This document shows positions 8,533 through 18,383 of a stretch of 64,000 nucleotides of DNA, piece by piece. The notes below the pieces were generated by a model. It saw nothing but the letters and a program-made list of their open reading frames with translations. It searched no databases and had not been told where the DNA came from. Every line of letters starts with the position of its first letter. Position 1 is the first letter of the stretch. Made by a program: the position numbers and the translations under genes. This stretch comes from Candidatus Norongarragalinales archaeon (GTDB lineage Archaea; Micrarchaeota; Micrarchaeia; Norongarragalinales; Norongarragalinaceae), in NCBI GenBank assembly GCA_038884755.1, contig JAWABJ010000002.1:31157-95156 (forward strand), given 5' to 3'.

Positions 8533-9640
8533 TTCGCACCAGCTCCGAAAGCGCCTCTTGTTCTTCTTTCAACGCGAGGCCCGTCGTCTTTTGAAGCGCT
8601 TCCCCCACGAAGCCTTCGACTATAGTTTGTACTGCTTTTTGCTTGTTAAAACCGCGCGTTTCTAGGTAGAAAATCTTTTCCGCGTCGATTTGTTCCACCG
8701 TGGCGCCGTGCCTGCTTTGCACGTCGTTGGTAAAGATTTCGAGGCTGGGCACGCTGTTGGCTTTCGCCTTGTCGCTCAATAGCAAAGCGTGGCCGTTGAG
8801 AAAACAGTTCGTGTTTCGCGCGTTTTTGGCTATGTGAATCAAACCGCGGTAAGTGCTTTTCGCTTCACCAGTTAGAACTCCTTTGCTCAACAGGTTTCCT
8901 TTAGTGTTTGGGGTCAAATGAAACGAGTTGGTGGAAATGTCGTACGATTGGTTTTCCCTTCCGAAATAAGCGTTGTAGTTTTCCGCGTTCGAGCCTTCCC
9001 CTGCGAGTTTCGAATCTATCGTAGCAATGGCCGTTTTGCCTCCGAATATTCCGCTATTCCAGACGAGTTTCGCGTTTTTCTCGAGAACCGCGCGTTTGGC
9101 GGTGAAAAGAGCAGAATCCAAGCTTGCCTTTTGCACGTAATCGAACTCGAGCGAAGCGCCTTCTTCGCAGAAAACCTCGGTCGCTTCAGCAACCAACGCC
9201 TTTCGCCCTTCTTGTTTCTGGTAAACGCGCGCGTAAGAGTTTTTCCCCGCTATTATTACGCCGTGGACTCCCGCCGCGCCTTTCGAACTGCAGGCTATTT
9301 CTATTTCGCCCGTGCCGTTTTCAGGAACGCGCACTAAAAACGCCGAATTCAACAGCGCGTTTTTGAGCGCTAGCATCTTGTGCTCGGCCGAGGAAATTAT
9401 TTTGCCGAACTTGCTTTTGAACAACTCTGACTCTTTTTTCCCGCTGCCTAGTTCTACTGCAACAACGTCGCCCGTTGTCTTGAGTTTTACTCCCGCGTTT
9501 CCTTTGCCGTAGTTTTCGGGTTTGAAGTCTTCGTTTTTCGTATAGTTTTTTTCTGTAGGCGAATCGGCTTCAGGCGGCCACGTTTGCCTCGCGTAGCTTT
9601 CCGCGCCTTGTTTTCTTGTCGCCGCAAGCCATTCTTGCAT
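8525..9640 (-). CDS. sufD: Fe-S assembly protein SufD
   Basis: PSLEIFTNDVQSRHGATV, FYLETRG; operon context. Confidence 0.88.
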   Translation of the reverse strand: MQEWLAATRKQGAESYARQTWPPEADSPTEKNYTKNEDFKPENYGKGNAGVKLKTTGDVVAVELGSGKKESELFKSKFGKIISSAEHKMLALKNALLNSAFLVRVPENGTGEIEIACSSKGAAGVHGVIIAGKNSYARVYQKQEGRKALVAEATEVFCEEGASLEFDYVQKASLDSALFTAKRAVLEKNAKLVWNSGIFGGKTAIATIDSKLAGEGSNAENYNAYFGRENQSYDISTNSFHLTPNTKGNLLSKGVLTGEAKSTYRGLIHIAKNARNTNCFLNGHALLLSDKAKANSVPSLEIFTNDVQSRHGATVEQIDAEKIFYLETRGFNKQKAVQTIVEGFVGEALQKTTGLALKEEQEALSELVRNA

Positions 9641-11047
9641 TCAACCCACCGCGCCCATTTTGCTGAATTCCAGCTTCACAAGCCGGTTGAACTCCACCGC
9701 GTACTCGAAAGGAATTTCCTTGAGAACTTCATCCAAAAATCCAAGCACGATCATGCTTTTCGCCTCGCTTTCTTTAAGCCCGCGGTTCATTAGATAAAAA
9801 ACCTGGTCTTCGCTTATTTTTCCCACGCTTGCCTCGTGCCCGAACGAAGCCGTCGTTTCGTAGATTTCGTTGTGCGGGTAAGTGTCGGTTCGCGAAATGT
9901 TGTCGAGAATAAGCGCGTCGCATTGAACATGGCTTTTCGAGTATTTAGCTCCGGGGTTTATTCTAAGCAACCCCCTGTACGCCGCAACCCCGCCGTTCAT
10001 GCTTATGCTCTTCGCGACTACCTTGCTGGTAGTGTAGGGCGCGGCGTGAACCACCTTTGCGCCCGTGTCTTTCCAACTTCCTTCGCTCGAGAAAGTCATG
10101 TTGTAGTTGCTCGTGCTCGCGCCTTCGCCTTTCAAAATGCTCATGGGATAAAGCATGGTCACTTTGCTTCCTAAGCTGCCGTCGATCCACTGCATTTTCG
10201 CGTTTTTTTCCACGATAGCGCGTTTGGTGTTCATGTTGTAAACGTTTTTGCTCCAGTTTTGCACGCTCGAATACGCAGCGTCTGCGTTTTCCCCTACGAA
10301 AATCTCTATTACCGCGCTGTGCACCGACGCTTCCTCGTAACGCGGTGCGCTGCAACCTTCAATGTAGTGCGCTTTCGCCCCGTCGCCTACGATTATCATG
10401 GTGTGCTCGAACATTCCTTCTTTTCCGGAGTTCATTCTGAAATAGTTTTGCAGCGGCAAATCCACTTTTACGCCGTTGGGCACGTACAAGAACGTCCCCC
10501 CGCTCCATACCGCGTAGTGCAGTGCGGCGAGCTTGTTGTCTGAAAAAGGAACCGCCCGCATGAAGTGTTTTCTCACGATTTCCGGGTGTTGCTTCAAGGC
10601 AGTGTCCATGTCCGTGAAAATAACGCCATTTTCTTCCCATTGCTTTTTCAAATTGTAATAAACCCCTTCGCTTTTGAACTGCGCGATGCTTCCCGCAAGG
10701 TATTTCCTTTCTGCTTCCGGCACTCCCAGTTTTTCGAACGTTTCCTTGATTTCCTTGGGAACTTCATTCCAGTTTCTCGCTTTGTTTTGGATTTCGGGTT
10801 TAGCGTAGTACGCTATTTCATCAAAGTTTATCCCACTCAAGTCTGCACCCCAAGCCGGCGTAGGCCTACGCAGGAACTCTTTGAACGCCTTCAACCGCAA
10901 TTCCAGCATCCACGCCGGCTCTTTCTTGTAATCTGAAATCTCGCGAACGGTTTTTTCGCTTAACCCTTCTTCAAATTTCACGGCAAGCTTTTCGGTAGTG
11001 CGGAAATCGTATTTAGAACGGTTTACGTCGGCAATCGCTTCATTCAT
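9641..11047 (-). CDS. sufB: Fe-S assembly protein SufB
   Basis: AVWSGGTF, YIEGCSAP, CDALILD, HEASVGKI. Confidence 0.95.
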   Translation of the reverse strand: MNEAIADVNRSKYDFRTTEKLAVKFEEGLSEKTVREISDYKKEPAWMLELRLKAFKEFLRRPTPAWGADLSGINFDEIAYYAKPEIQNKARNWNEVPKEIKETFEKLGVPEAERKYLAGSIAQFKSEGVYYNLKKQWEENGVIFTDMDTALKQHPEIVRKHFMRAVPFSDNKLAALHYAVWSGGTFLYVPNGVKVDLPLQNYFRMNSGKEGMFEHTMIIVGDGAKAHYIEGCSAPRYEEASVHSAVIEIFVGENADAAYSSVQNWSKNVYNMNTKRAIVEKNAKMQWIDGSLGSKVTMLYPMSILKGEGASTSNYNMTFSSEGSWKDTGAKVVHAAPYTTSKVVAKSISMNGGVAAYRGLLRINPGAKYSKSHVQCDALILDNISRTDTYPHNEIYETTASFGHEASVGKISEDQVFYLMNRGLKESEAKSMIVLGFLDEVLKEIPFEYAVEFNRLVKLEFSKMGAVG

Positions 11048-11819
11048 TTTCTGCCACCATTCTTTGAAACTCTACGCCCATTTCCTTGAGGCATTGCGCA
11101 TAGCCTTTTTCTTCCAATTCCGCTGCAAGCTCGCGCCCCCCGCTTTTTACAATCCGCCCGTCAACCATGACGTGCACGAAATCGGGGTTCAAGTGCTTGA
11201 GAATTCGCTGGTAGTGCGTGATTACGACCATGCCCGTTTCTCCAGCCTGGCTTTTGACCGCCTTAGCGACGGTTTTCAACGCGTCTATGTCCAAGCCCGA
11301 GTCAATTTCGTCCAAGAAGGCGATTCGCGGCTTTAGCATTTTAAGCTGCAAAACTTCGTTGCGCTTTTTCTCCCCGCCCGAGAACCCGGCGTTCAACGCC
11401 CGTTTCGAAAAATCTTCACCCAAACCCACGCCTTCAAGGTTTTTCTTGAGCAATGCCGGAAAGTTTTTTGCGGCGCTAGAGCCGTTGTTTTTATGCAGCG
11501 AAGCGTAAGCGTTGAACAAAAACTTGCTTATGCTCAAGCCGGGAATTTCGACGGGGTGTTGGAACGCGAGAAAAAGGCCTTTGCGGGCGCGTTCGTCTGG
11601 CGTCATTTGCAATACGCTTTCCCCGTCAAGCAAAACTTCGCCTTTAGTGACGTTGTATTTAGGGTGCCCAGCGATTACGAGAGAAAGCGTGCTTTTTCCA
11701 CTGCCGTTTGGACCCATTATGGAATGGATTTCGCCCGTCTTGGCGGTAAGCGTAACGCCATTGAGGATTTGCTTTCCGTCAACGCTAGCGTGCAGATTCC
11801 TGACTTTCAAAACGGACAT
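11040..11819 (-). CDS. sufC: Fe-S assembly ATPase SufC
   Basis: GPNGSGKST, GFSGGEKKR, LDEIDSGLDID, ITHYQRIL. Confidence 0.96.
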   Translation of the reverse strand: MSVLKVRNLHASVDGKQILNGVTLTAKTGEIHSIMGPNGSGKSTLSLVIAGHPKYNVTKGEVLLDGESVLQMTPDERARKGLFLAFQHPVEIPGLSISKFLFNAYASLHKNNGSSAAKNFPALLKKNLEGVGLGEDFSKRALNAGFSGGEKKRNEVLQLKMLKPRIAFLDEIDSGLDIDALKTVAKAVKSQAGETGMVVITHYQRILKHLNPDFVHVMVDGRIVKSGGRELAAELEEKGYAQCLKEMGVEFQRMVAENE

Positions 11820-11831
11820 TGCGAGACACCT

Positions 11832-12206
11832 TTAAACGCGAACTGGGCTGACTGCCTTGGCTTTCTCGAAGCCGTCGAGCAAATTGCAAGACAACAGCTC
11901 GTAATTGAACTGAGTGCAAGTGGAGCAAATGGCGTTGGTGACGTGCTTGCTGGTCCAACGCCCTTTGGAAACCTTGTCGGCTATCTCCTCGCAAGCTTTA
12001 TCGAGAACAGCATTGTCTTCGACCTTGCGAATTTCCTTGCCATACGCATTAGACAAGTATTTGCTTACTGCCGCTTGCGTGAGCCCCAGCTCTCTAGCTA
12101 TCCGCTCTTGCTTCAAGCCCTTGCGGTATAGCTTTTTAGCTATGCTCGCGCGCATTGCAGGCAAGTATTTGCGAACGATTTCCTCGCAGGGAAAAAGAGT
12201 TTTCAT
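11832..12206 (-). CDS. HTH transcriptional regulator with Cys-containing C-terminus, first gene of the suf operon
   Basis: PCEEIVRKYLPAMRASIAKKL and QERIARELGLTQAAVSKYLS (COG2522-like); C-terminal CSTC..C. Confidence 0.8.
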   Translation of the reverse strand: MKTLFPCEEIVRKYLPAMRASIAKKLYRKGLKQERIARELGLTQAAVSKYLSNAYGKEIRKVEDNAVLDKACEEIADKVSKGRWTSKHVTNAICSTCTQFNYELLSCNLLDGFEKAKAVSPVRV

Positions 12207-12241
12207 AACGATAAAATAAGCGTATAACTGGGTTATAAACG

Positions 12242-13822
12242 CTATTGGTTCTGCAACCAGGCTATGGCGTTGCCCAGCAGATTGGCTCGTGCAGATTCGT
12301 TTTGAACTGCGCTTATGGCGAACGCAAAATAGATTTTTTTGGGTGCGTTTGCGCGAGCCACGATTGAATAATTGCCGTCGGGCCATTTTGCAATCCCCTG
12401 CGCATTTGTGAGCGCCAGTTTGTCCGGATAGCGGCTTTTTGAGCCGTTTATTTCGATGTTTTCTATTCCGTAAAGGATTGGATGGTTTAACAGAGTCAGA
12501 GGCGTGATGGTACCGTTCAAGTCCAAATCGCCTTTGAACCCGACCCCGAAGAAATCAAGCACGGAATCGTTCTGGTGGTCGAAGCCGACATCCGCTCCTT
12601 CCAACAAAATCGGTCCAGAATAGTTTGACAACGCGTTGAAATCTCCTTCGTTTAAAACAACGCCGTTGTTGTTTCCGGCACTCCAAACAACCAGCCTGTA
12701 GTTGGTTAAATTGTTTGAGTAAACCTGCCCTTGAGTTTGTTCGCTCCAATAATCCACGCAATAAGCCTGCTTTCGCAATTGCAATTCCAACAATCTTGCC
12801 GAACTAGATTCCTCCGCAAACTCTACGTCCGAATCTTCCACCACGAGCGTTTTGCCCGGTTTATTGCAGTAGTAAACCGTTTCATTCAAAGAGTTGTCCG
12901 TGTAATTGAAATCGCCTTGATTTTCCAACCAAGCTTCGACTTGATTTGCTCCTGGCGTAAGCCGAACGAAAAACCCGACGGTCTTTTTCTGTCCTGGGTA
13001 AAGCAGAACCGTTTGGTTGCTCGTGGAATTGCCGCCTATCCGGACGAAAAGCTTTGCGCTGCTCGTGTTGCCCCCGTTGTTGTAGACGTTCACGTTAAGA
13101 CGCTGGAATGTCGTAGCATTTATTTGGCTTGAGTTTACTATGCTCGCGTTGATTAGGGTAAAGTTTCCTCCAGAGCCGCCGCTTCCGCTTGCGTTTTGGC
13201 TGCTGCTTTTAGCCAGTTCAATCGAGTCTACGCGCAAGTCGGCTTGCGACGGAGCCGTTTTGAATACGATAGTTTTCGAGTTGTTTGCATAATCGAGTTC
13301 TTGCCTTGCAAAATCGTCGTTAACCACGACAGTCAAATTGTGTATTCCGAAAGGCAAAGTCAACACGAAAGAGGCGTTTGGCAAGGAAGAATTTTGTGAA
13401 AACAAGTGCTGGCCGTCCGCGAAAACGCCATAGGAAAACTCGCTTGGCGCGGCGAAAGAAACGTTGGCTGCGAAAGGGGTGTTGTTTGTTGAATATGCAT
13501 TTTTGACGTCAAGAACTGCAAAATCGCCGCCGTATTCTTGCACCAACCACAAAGCGGTTTTCCTTGCGAATTCCGTTCGCTTGTTTTCTTCCAATCCCTT
13601 CAAGCAGAACGACGCGAGAATGGCTTTGGAGGCCACCGAAGCGGCTGCGGCAACATGCTCGTCATTCCATTCTACAATTGCGGTTGCGTTGTTCAAAAGC
13701 AAGTTTTGCGGAAAACCGCACGCACTATTGTTGAATGCTGAAACGCCGAGGCCGTTGCAAGTGCCTTGTCTGGTAAAAGTTTCACGGGTTGTCCTTTGAG
13801 CATAATGCCATTTTGGTCGAGG
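12242..13822 (-). pseudogene. 5'-truncated remnant of a large extracellular protein with CARDB/Ig-like repeats
   Basis: ELDYANNS, ADLRV, DFNYTDNS CARDB-like ends and many N-x-S/T sequons; frame stays open ~120 nt upstream of the called TTG with no start or signal peptide. Confidence 0.6.
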
Positions 13823-14598
13823 CTAAAGCCCGAGTTAAAATCCACTTTCGCGCTCACTCCCTGCGCTTCTAGGTTTATTTCCCCGTTTTCGTTTGAAACG
13901 GTTGCTTTCCTTTCACCACCAGCAAACGAGAGAATCACTTCGATTTTTTGAGCCGAAACTTTCTCGACAATCGTGTCGTTGTCCGCGCTGGAATTTTTTG
14001 CAGTGTCCAAATTTTCAATTGAAACTTTTTCGGGTGTTGGCGTAGGTGTTGAGGTGGGCACTGCTGTCGAAGCCGCGGTTTTGGTCGTGTTCGGTAACGG
14101 GACTGGCGGCAACGGTTCGCGGTCGCTTGGAACTATTGACACGCCGTAAAACCTCGCAGCATCTCCCACCTTGGCGGCGGGAATCAAAACGTATGCTCCA
14201 CCTTCAAATTCCGGCCCTTCTTTTAGTGCCCCCCACTCTCCAAACATTCCTTCAGGCCCGCTTTTCGTGGTTTTGGTAGCGTCAATCAAAAACTTTAAGT
14301 GTAGCATCATGTCTGGGCGCTCGCCATAGTATTCCAATACGCGCACAATTTTAGGATCTATATTGTCAGTAAAACGCTTGTGGGGCGGTTCTGGCCACAG
14401 CGCGTCAACTTGCGTATAGTTATCCCACTGCGAATAGGTTGTTCCTCCCAGCACCGCTTCTACCGCGCGCTTGATGTTTTTCTCGTCAATATATGCAATT
14501 TCAACGTCGTTTACCCAAACGCTTTCTCCGCCAACTTCCCATGCCCGCGCCTTCGCGGCGTCTGAAATGCTTTTTTCTTTTCTCCAGATGTGGTAGTT
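13693..14598 (-). pseudogene. Remnant of a surface protein with a Pro/Thr linker, truncated at both ends
   Basis: Frame open back to TAA at ~14600 with no start codon upstream of 14454; PTSTPTPTP linker; C-terminus runs out of frame into the neighbouring remnant. Confidence 0.55.
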
Positions 14599-14600
14599 TT

Positions 14601-14707
14601 AATGCGGGAGGTCAACTTGCAACGAGAGGGTTGCAACATCTTTTGAAAAGAAAGGGGCGTCTCCTTGGGGTTCCTGATTCTCCCTTTCTCGCCTCCCGCA
14701 TTTTTTT
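14601..14707 (+). ncRNA. Structured element closed by an 11-bp inverted repeat and followed by a T-tract
   Basis: AATGCGGGAGG (14601-14611) pairs with CCTCCCGCATT (14692-14702); inner hairpins TTGCAAC/GTTGCAA and TCTTT/AAAGA. Confidence 0.55.
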
Positions 14708-14713
14708 GAATAG

Positions 14714-15268
14714 CTACTTCTTAGGCTTGATTATTATCTCGCAGAATGCGCTTCCTGTTGTACTGCACTTAGTTTCTTCTCCATTCAATTCTTTTCCGTA
14801 CATTTCCTCGAAAACGCCCGTAAGCATTCCTGTGAGGTATTCGTCTACGTTTTCCGGGCTTTTTTGTTTCTTGGCGGAATAGTGTTTTGCAAAAGAAGAC
14901 TCAAGTTGGATTAGTACTTTCCCGCCTTCTTTCGGGTCTATCACTTTTATTTTGGCAAGGCCGCTTAGCTCGATAATGTTTTTCCAAAAATTGGCGGACT
15001 CCAAGCCTTCTAGCTTGAATTTTTCTTTGTAGTTTTTGGCTACTTCCTTTCCCGTTTGCTTTCCTACTTCGTAAATGTCTGTAAGCCCGCCGTTTCCATG
15101 CTTTTGTTTTTCGAATTCGCGCCAGTAAAAGTAATGGCTTAAGGAGTGCATGCTGAATTTAGTTTCGAGGATCTCGATGTCTCCCTCGGCAAATTCCAGT
15201 TGCCGTCCCATCAACAGTCGTTTGAAAAAACTAGATAGCATTTTTTTATCGGTGCCCCGCACTTTCAC
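14714..15268 (-). CDS. Stand-alone V4R-domain protein (start probably ATG at 15241)
   Basis: IYEVGKQTG, SGLAKI, GMLTGVF, EETKCSTTGSAFCEIII. Confidence 0.85.
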   Translation of the reverse strand: MKVRGTDKKMLSSFFKRLLMGRQLEFAEGDIEILETKFSMHSLSHYFYWREFEKQKHGNGGLTDIYEVGKQTGKEVAKNYKEKFKLEGLESANFWKNIIELSGLAKIKVIDPKEGGKVLIQLESSFAKHYSAKKQKSPENVDEYLTGMLTGVFEEMYGKELNGEETKCSTTGSAFCEIIIKPKK

Positions 15269-15737
15269 GTATGCTTCTGAGTTTCTCCCACTTTTCGAAG
15301 CTCAACCGGCTCGTCTCGTCCTCACTAACCTCTACCGCACTTAAGAGAATAGTTTTCGCTTTTTCGTTAGTCAACTGTTTTCGGATCGTTTCCTTGAGAG
15401 CTTTGGCAAACTTTTCAGCCCTGGCTTTAGTCGTAAAATGCGCGCTTATGACTGCCGGAACTCCAGTCATGACCTCGAGAAACCCATTTTTTTCGAATAG
15501 AAATCGCTTGTAAAACTTTTCGCCGATTATGTCGTCGCCAATGAACGCGCAATCTTCCCCGAACTTTTTGACCATTTGGGCAACGAATTTCATTAGTTTT
15601 TGGTCTGCTTCCGCTTCCATCTTGGCGTCTTTGTCCATGTCTTCAAATTTGCTTGAAGGCGTGAAAGAGAAAGGCAACGCCTCGGGCAAGTCTAGAAGGG
15701 TTACATAAAAGTGCTTCAGCATTTTTTTTCTCACCAA
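15246..15737 (-). CDS. Hypothetical protein
   Basis: 163-aa ORF co-oriented in the operon and abutting the V4R gene. Confidence 0.7.
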   Translation of the reverse strand: MVRKKMLKHFYVTLLDLPEALPFSFTPSSKFEDMDKDAKMEAEADQKLMKFVAQMVKKFGEDCAFIGDDIIGEKFYKRFLFEKNGFLEVMTGVPAVISAHFTTKARAEKFAKALKETIRKQLTNEKAKTILLSAVEVSEDETSRLSFEKWEKLRSIRESAGHR

Positions 15738-15768
15738 ATCAATTACTAACTCGTTTTAAATACTCTCC

Positions 15769-17232
15769 TCAAGAGCAGCGGTGTATTTGCGGCTGCATCA
15801 ACTTGTGGAAGTAGTCGTTTCCCTCGTGGAAGAGCAAGTCTACTTCAGTAGTGTGCCTCATTCTCCTAACGTGGTGCGCGTGAGTATAACTTTTCAAGAC
15901 TTTTTCCCCGTCGTGGGAGAAGATGCTTACTGCCAACCTTTTCAGAGGTCCGGCGCTCTCGTTGGCTTCAACCAATGCTTCTTCAAACGAGTTGCATTTT
16001 TTCATGGTTAGAATGTACGTGGAAAATTCTGTGTTCAAGAATTCAGAGTTTTTGTCTTTTGTTTCTAGAAGCATCGGCGTAGCTTGGGTTTCGCTTTTCT
16101 TTTCCCCTGTTTTGACTTCTATCAAGCCTAATTTTTTCAAATCCCCTATCCTTCCCCAAACGTGGTTTAAGAGTTTTGGTGAAGTAAAGCCGACCTTAGT
16201 TTTCGTATTCATGGGGTCGCCCGTGTGCTTTCCAATTTCTTCGAATTTTTCTTTCAACAGATGCCCTAATTCTTTGCTTTCTTTGGAGGCGTCAAAAAGC
16301 ATTTTGAGCGAATTGCAACCTATGGGCCAGCGTAGTGACGATTCGACTATCATTTCCGCGATTTGCTTCGGCTCTATTTCTTTATCGCAGATGCCTGCAG
16401 CACGTCCGGTTGCGTGTCTCAAGACTATTTTATCTGAAAAATGGTCTATGACGTGGCCGTTTTCTTTTTCTTCAAAACGCAGCAGCGTGTCGACTGTTTT
16501 GTCATCTCCGTACGCCCAAATTACTTTTGCCGCGTCTGCAAGTTCGAAATTGAGTTTTGAGTTTTCTTGTTTTCCAGTATCCCAACATAAAACACTTAGC
16601 GCTCCCGCGGGATACCCTGCCTCAACGATTGCCCTGACGCTTTTTTGTGCTGTTACCAGGTCGTTCTTAGAGCATTTTATGATTCCGGGAAGCCCAAGAG
16701 AAACAAGCCAGCTAGCTATGAATGCCGTAACCCGAATGTCGTTTCCCGGCGTTACCCCGTAAACTATGCCGTTTACCGGCTCGAAAAAAGCGTATAACTG
16801 CGGTTCTTTGGAAATATCGTGCCCGAATTTTCCGTGCTTGGTGCCGATTCTTTTTTCTATTAGTGCAGGTATGACCTGGTTCATTTGCTTGATTTCTAAT
16901 CCCAACTCTTGAACTACTGAAATAGGCATTCCCGTGTTTTTGACTATGTATTCGAGCTCGTCTTTTTTGAAGGAAAACTTTTCGGAAGCGCGCTTCAGAA
17001 TTTTTACGCGCTCGTCAAAAGGTATTTTTCTACATTCCAAAACCGCGTTTTTTGCTTTGGATATTGCGGTTTTTATGTCGAACAAGCAGGACTCTGGCGC
17101 ATTAATCCTGTAATCCGGGTAAAACTCACTTTCTACAACAAAATTTTTCCCGGAAAACAGTATGTCTTTTCCTCCGACGTAGTTTTTGAATTCCATAGCA
17201 AAATTCATAAGCTCACCTAGCCGATACAGCAA
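15769..17232 (-). CDS. Aldehyde dehydrogenase-fold protein, LuxC-like acyl reductase (start probably 17208 or 17196)
   Basis: PFDERVKIL, VTPGN, IIKCS, WAYGDDKTV, candidate catalytic Cys in IGCNS, TEFS. Confidence 0.75.
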   Translation of the reverse strand: MLYRLGELMNFAMEFKNYVGGKDILFSGKNFVVESEFYPDYRINAPESCLFDIKTAISKAKNAVLECRKIPFDERVKILKRASEKFSFKKDELEYIVKNTGMPISVVQELGLEIKQMNQVIPALIEKRIGTKHGKFGHDISKEPQLYAFFEPVNGIVYGVTPGNDIRVTAFIASWLVSLGLPGIIKCSKNDLVTAQKSVRAIVEAGYPAGALSVLCWDTGKQENSKLNFELADAAKVIWAYGDDKTVDTLLRFEEKENGHVIDHFSDKIVLRHATGRAAGICDKEIEPKQIAEMIVESSLRWPIGCNSLKMLFDASKESKELGHLLKEKFEEIGKHTGDPMNTKTKVGFTSPKLLNHVWGRIGDLKKLGLIEVKTGEKKSETQATPMLLETKDKNSEFLNTEFSTYILTMKKCNSFEEALVEANESAGPLKRLAVSIFSHDGEKVLKSYTHAHHVRRMRHTTEVDLLFHEGNDYFHKLMQPQIHRCS

Positions 17233-18383
17233 CCCGCCGCTATGGTGTCTTCAGGAATATCGATTCTCCGAATATCCGAAATTATTGGCGTTTTTATTCC
17301 GCAGTCGCACTCGCCGCCATTGGCCACCAGTTTGGCCGAGTCTCCCGGTGCGTAGCGGATGTAGATGGTGCCTTCGCGTGCGATCGTCGTGTAAGCCAAA
17401 ATTCCTATTTCTCCTCGTTTAACGGGTACTAGCTGTTTAGACTCTTGTTTTAATATTTCAACATAGTGTGTGCCGTTGATTAAATGCTGATTATTGTATT
17501 TGCATATTCCGCCTGGAATGGTGCTTGTTGATTGAGGGATTGCTTCCGTGGAGCCTAACACTGTCGCTAACTTTTTTTCGTGTGTTTCGGCCCAAGAAAC
17601 GAGTTCTGGAATTAGTGTGTAGCCCGTAATAAATAGTGTTTGTAGTTTATCTTCGAGAATATCTTGGCCAACTTCTATAAGTGATAGAAAATCAACCCCC
17701 CCTCCTTTTTTGGTTTTATCCCCTTCGTTTAAGGGGCCCTGCACCGATGCCAAGACGGTTATTCCATAGTCATCTATGGTGTCTACTATCTCTTTAGCTG
17801 TATCTGTAGTCCTTCGTGGTATTATTCGTAATCCTATCATCAACATAGCATTTCGAATACACTGCCCACCCTTATGCGTGGGATTGTACATGTTCAAGAC
17901 AGTGTCCTTCTGGCTAATGCCCATATACTCAAAACATTTTTTTAGGCCCTGAGCTTCTACCTTTTCATCCCACTCAGTAATGAATGTTGGGGTTGCAACA
18001 CCTCTAGTTCCACCCGATTTGTAAATAGTTAATCCAGTTGAGATGTCGGCTGGTTGCATAATATATGGATTTCTCTCAATTTTTTCTCTTAATCCTAATA
18101 AATTGTTGGTAGTGTCTTTCACTAGAGCGGGGATTTTTTCTAGGTCGTTAAATTCTGTAAGTTTAATTTTTCTTTCAGAGTAAGGTTTGTATACCGCTGG
18201 CATGGTTTTTTTTGCTCGCTCAAATTGGAAATTTAAAAAAGGAAAAAGTATTTCTTCCGTTTCACTTTTTTTGAGCTGTTCCCAGTTTGTTGAAGCCCAA
18301 ATCTTTGTCGAGGCCATTTTTGGATCTAGCTGATTAGTATGGGCCGTTTTTTCCTTGAGTATTTCAAATTTTTCTATTGTCAT
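17217..18383 (-). CDS. Adenylate-forming ligase, PaaK/LuxE-like
   Basis: P-loop YKSGGTRG, LGSTEA, IRYAPGD, CDCGIKTP; ends in GCCIG without the PaaK C-terminal subdomain; ATGA overlap with the upstream gene. Confidence 0.8.
   Translation of the reverse strand: MTIEKFEILKEKTAHTNQLDPKMASTKIWASTNWEQLKKSETEEILFPFLNFQFERAKKTMPAVYKPYSERKIKLTEFNDLEKIPALVKDTTNNLLGLREKIERNPYIMQPADISTGLTIYKSGGTRGVATPTFITEWDEKVEAQGLKKCFEYMGISQKDTVLNMYNPTHKGGQCIRNAMLMIGLRIIPRRTTDTAKEIVDTIDDYGITVLASVQGPLNEGDKTKKGGGVDFLSLIEVGQDILEDKLQTLFITGYTLIPELVSWAETHEKKLATVLGSTEAIPQSTSTIPGGICKYNNQHLINGTHYVEILKQESKQLVPVKRGEIGILAYTTIAREGTIYIRYAPGDSAKLVANGGECDCGIKTPIISDIRRIDIPEDTIAAGCCIG

Noticed and set aside
14601..14707. tRNA-Sec or 5S rRNA interpretation
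   Set aside because: The minus strand has a TCA loop but no T-arm; the plus strand has extra linkers and no U8; conserved 5S motifs are absent
15769..18383. Bioluminescence (lux) operon
   Set aside because: No luciferase (luxAB) or luxD-like gene in the window
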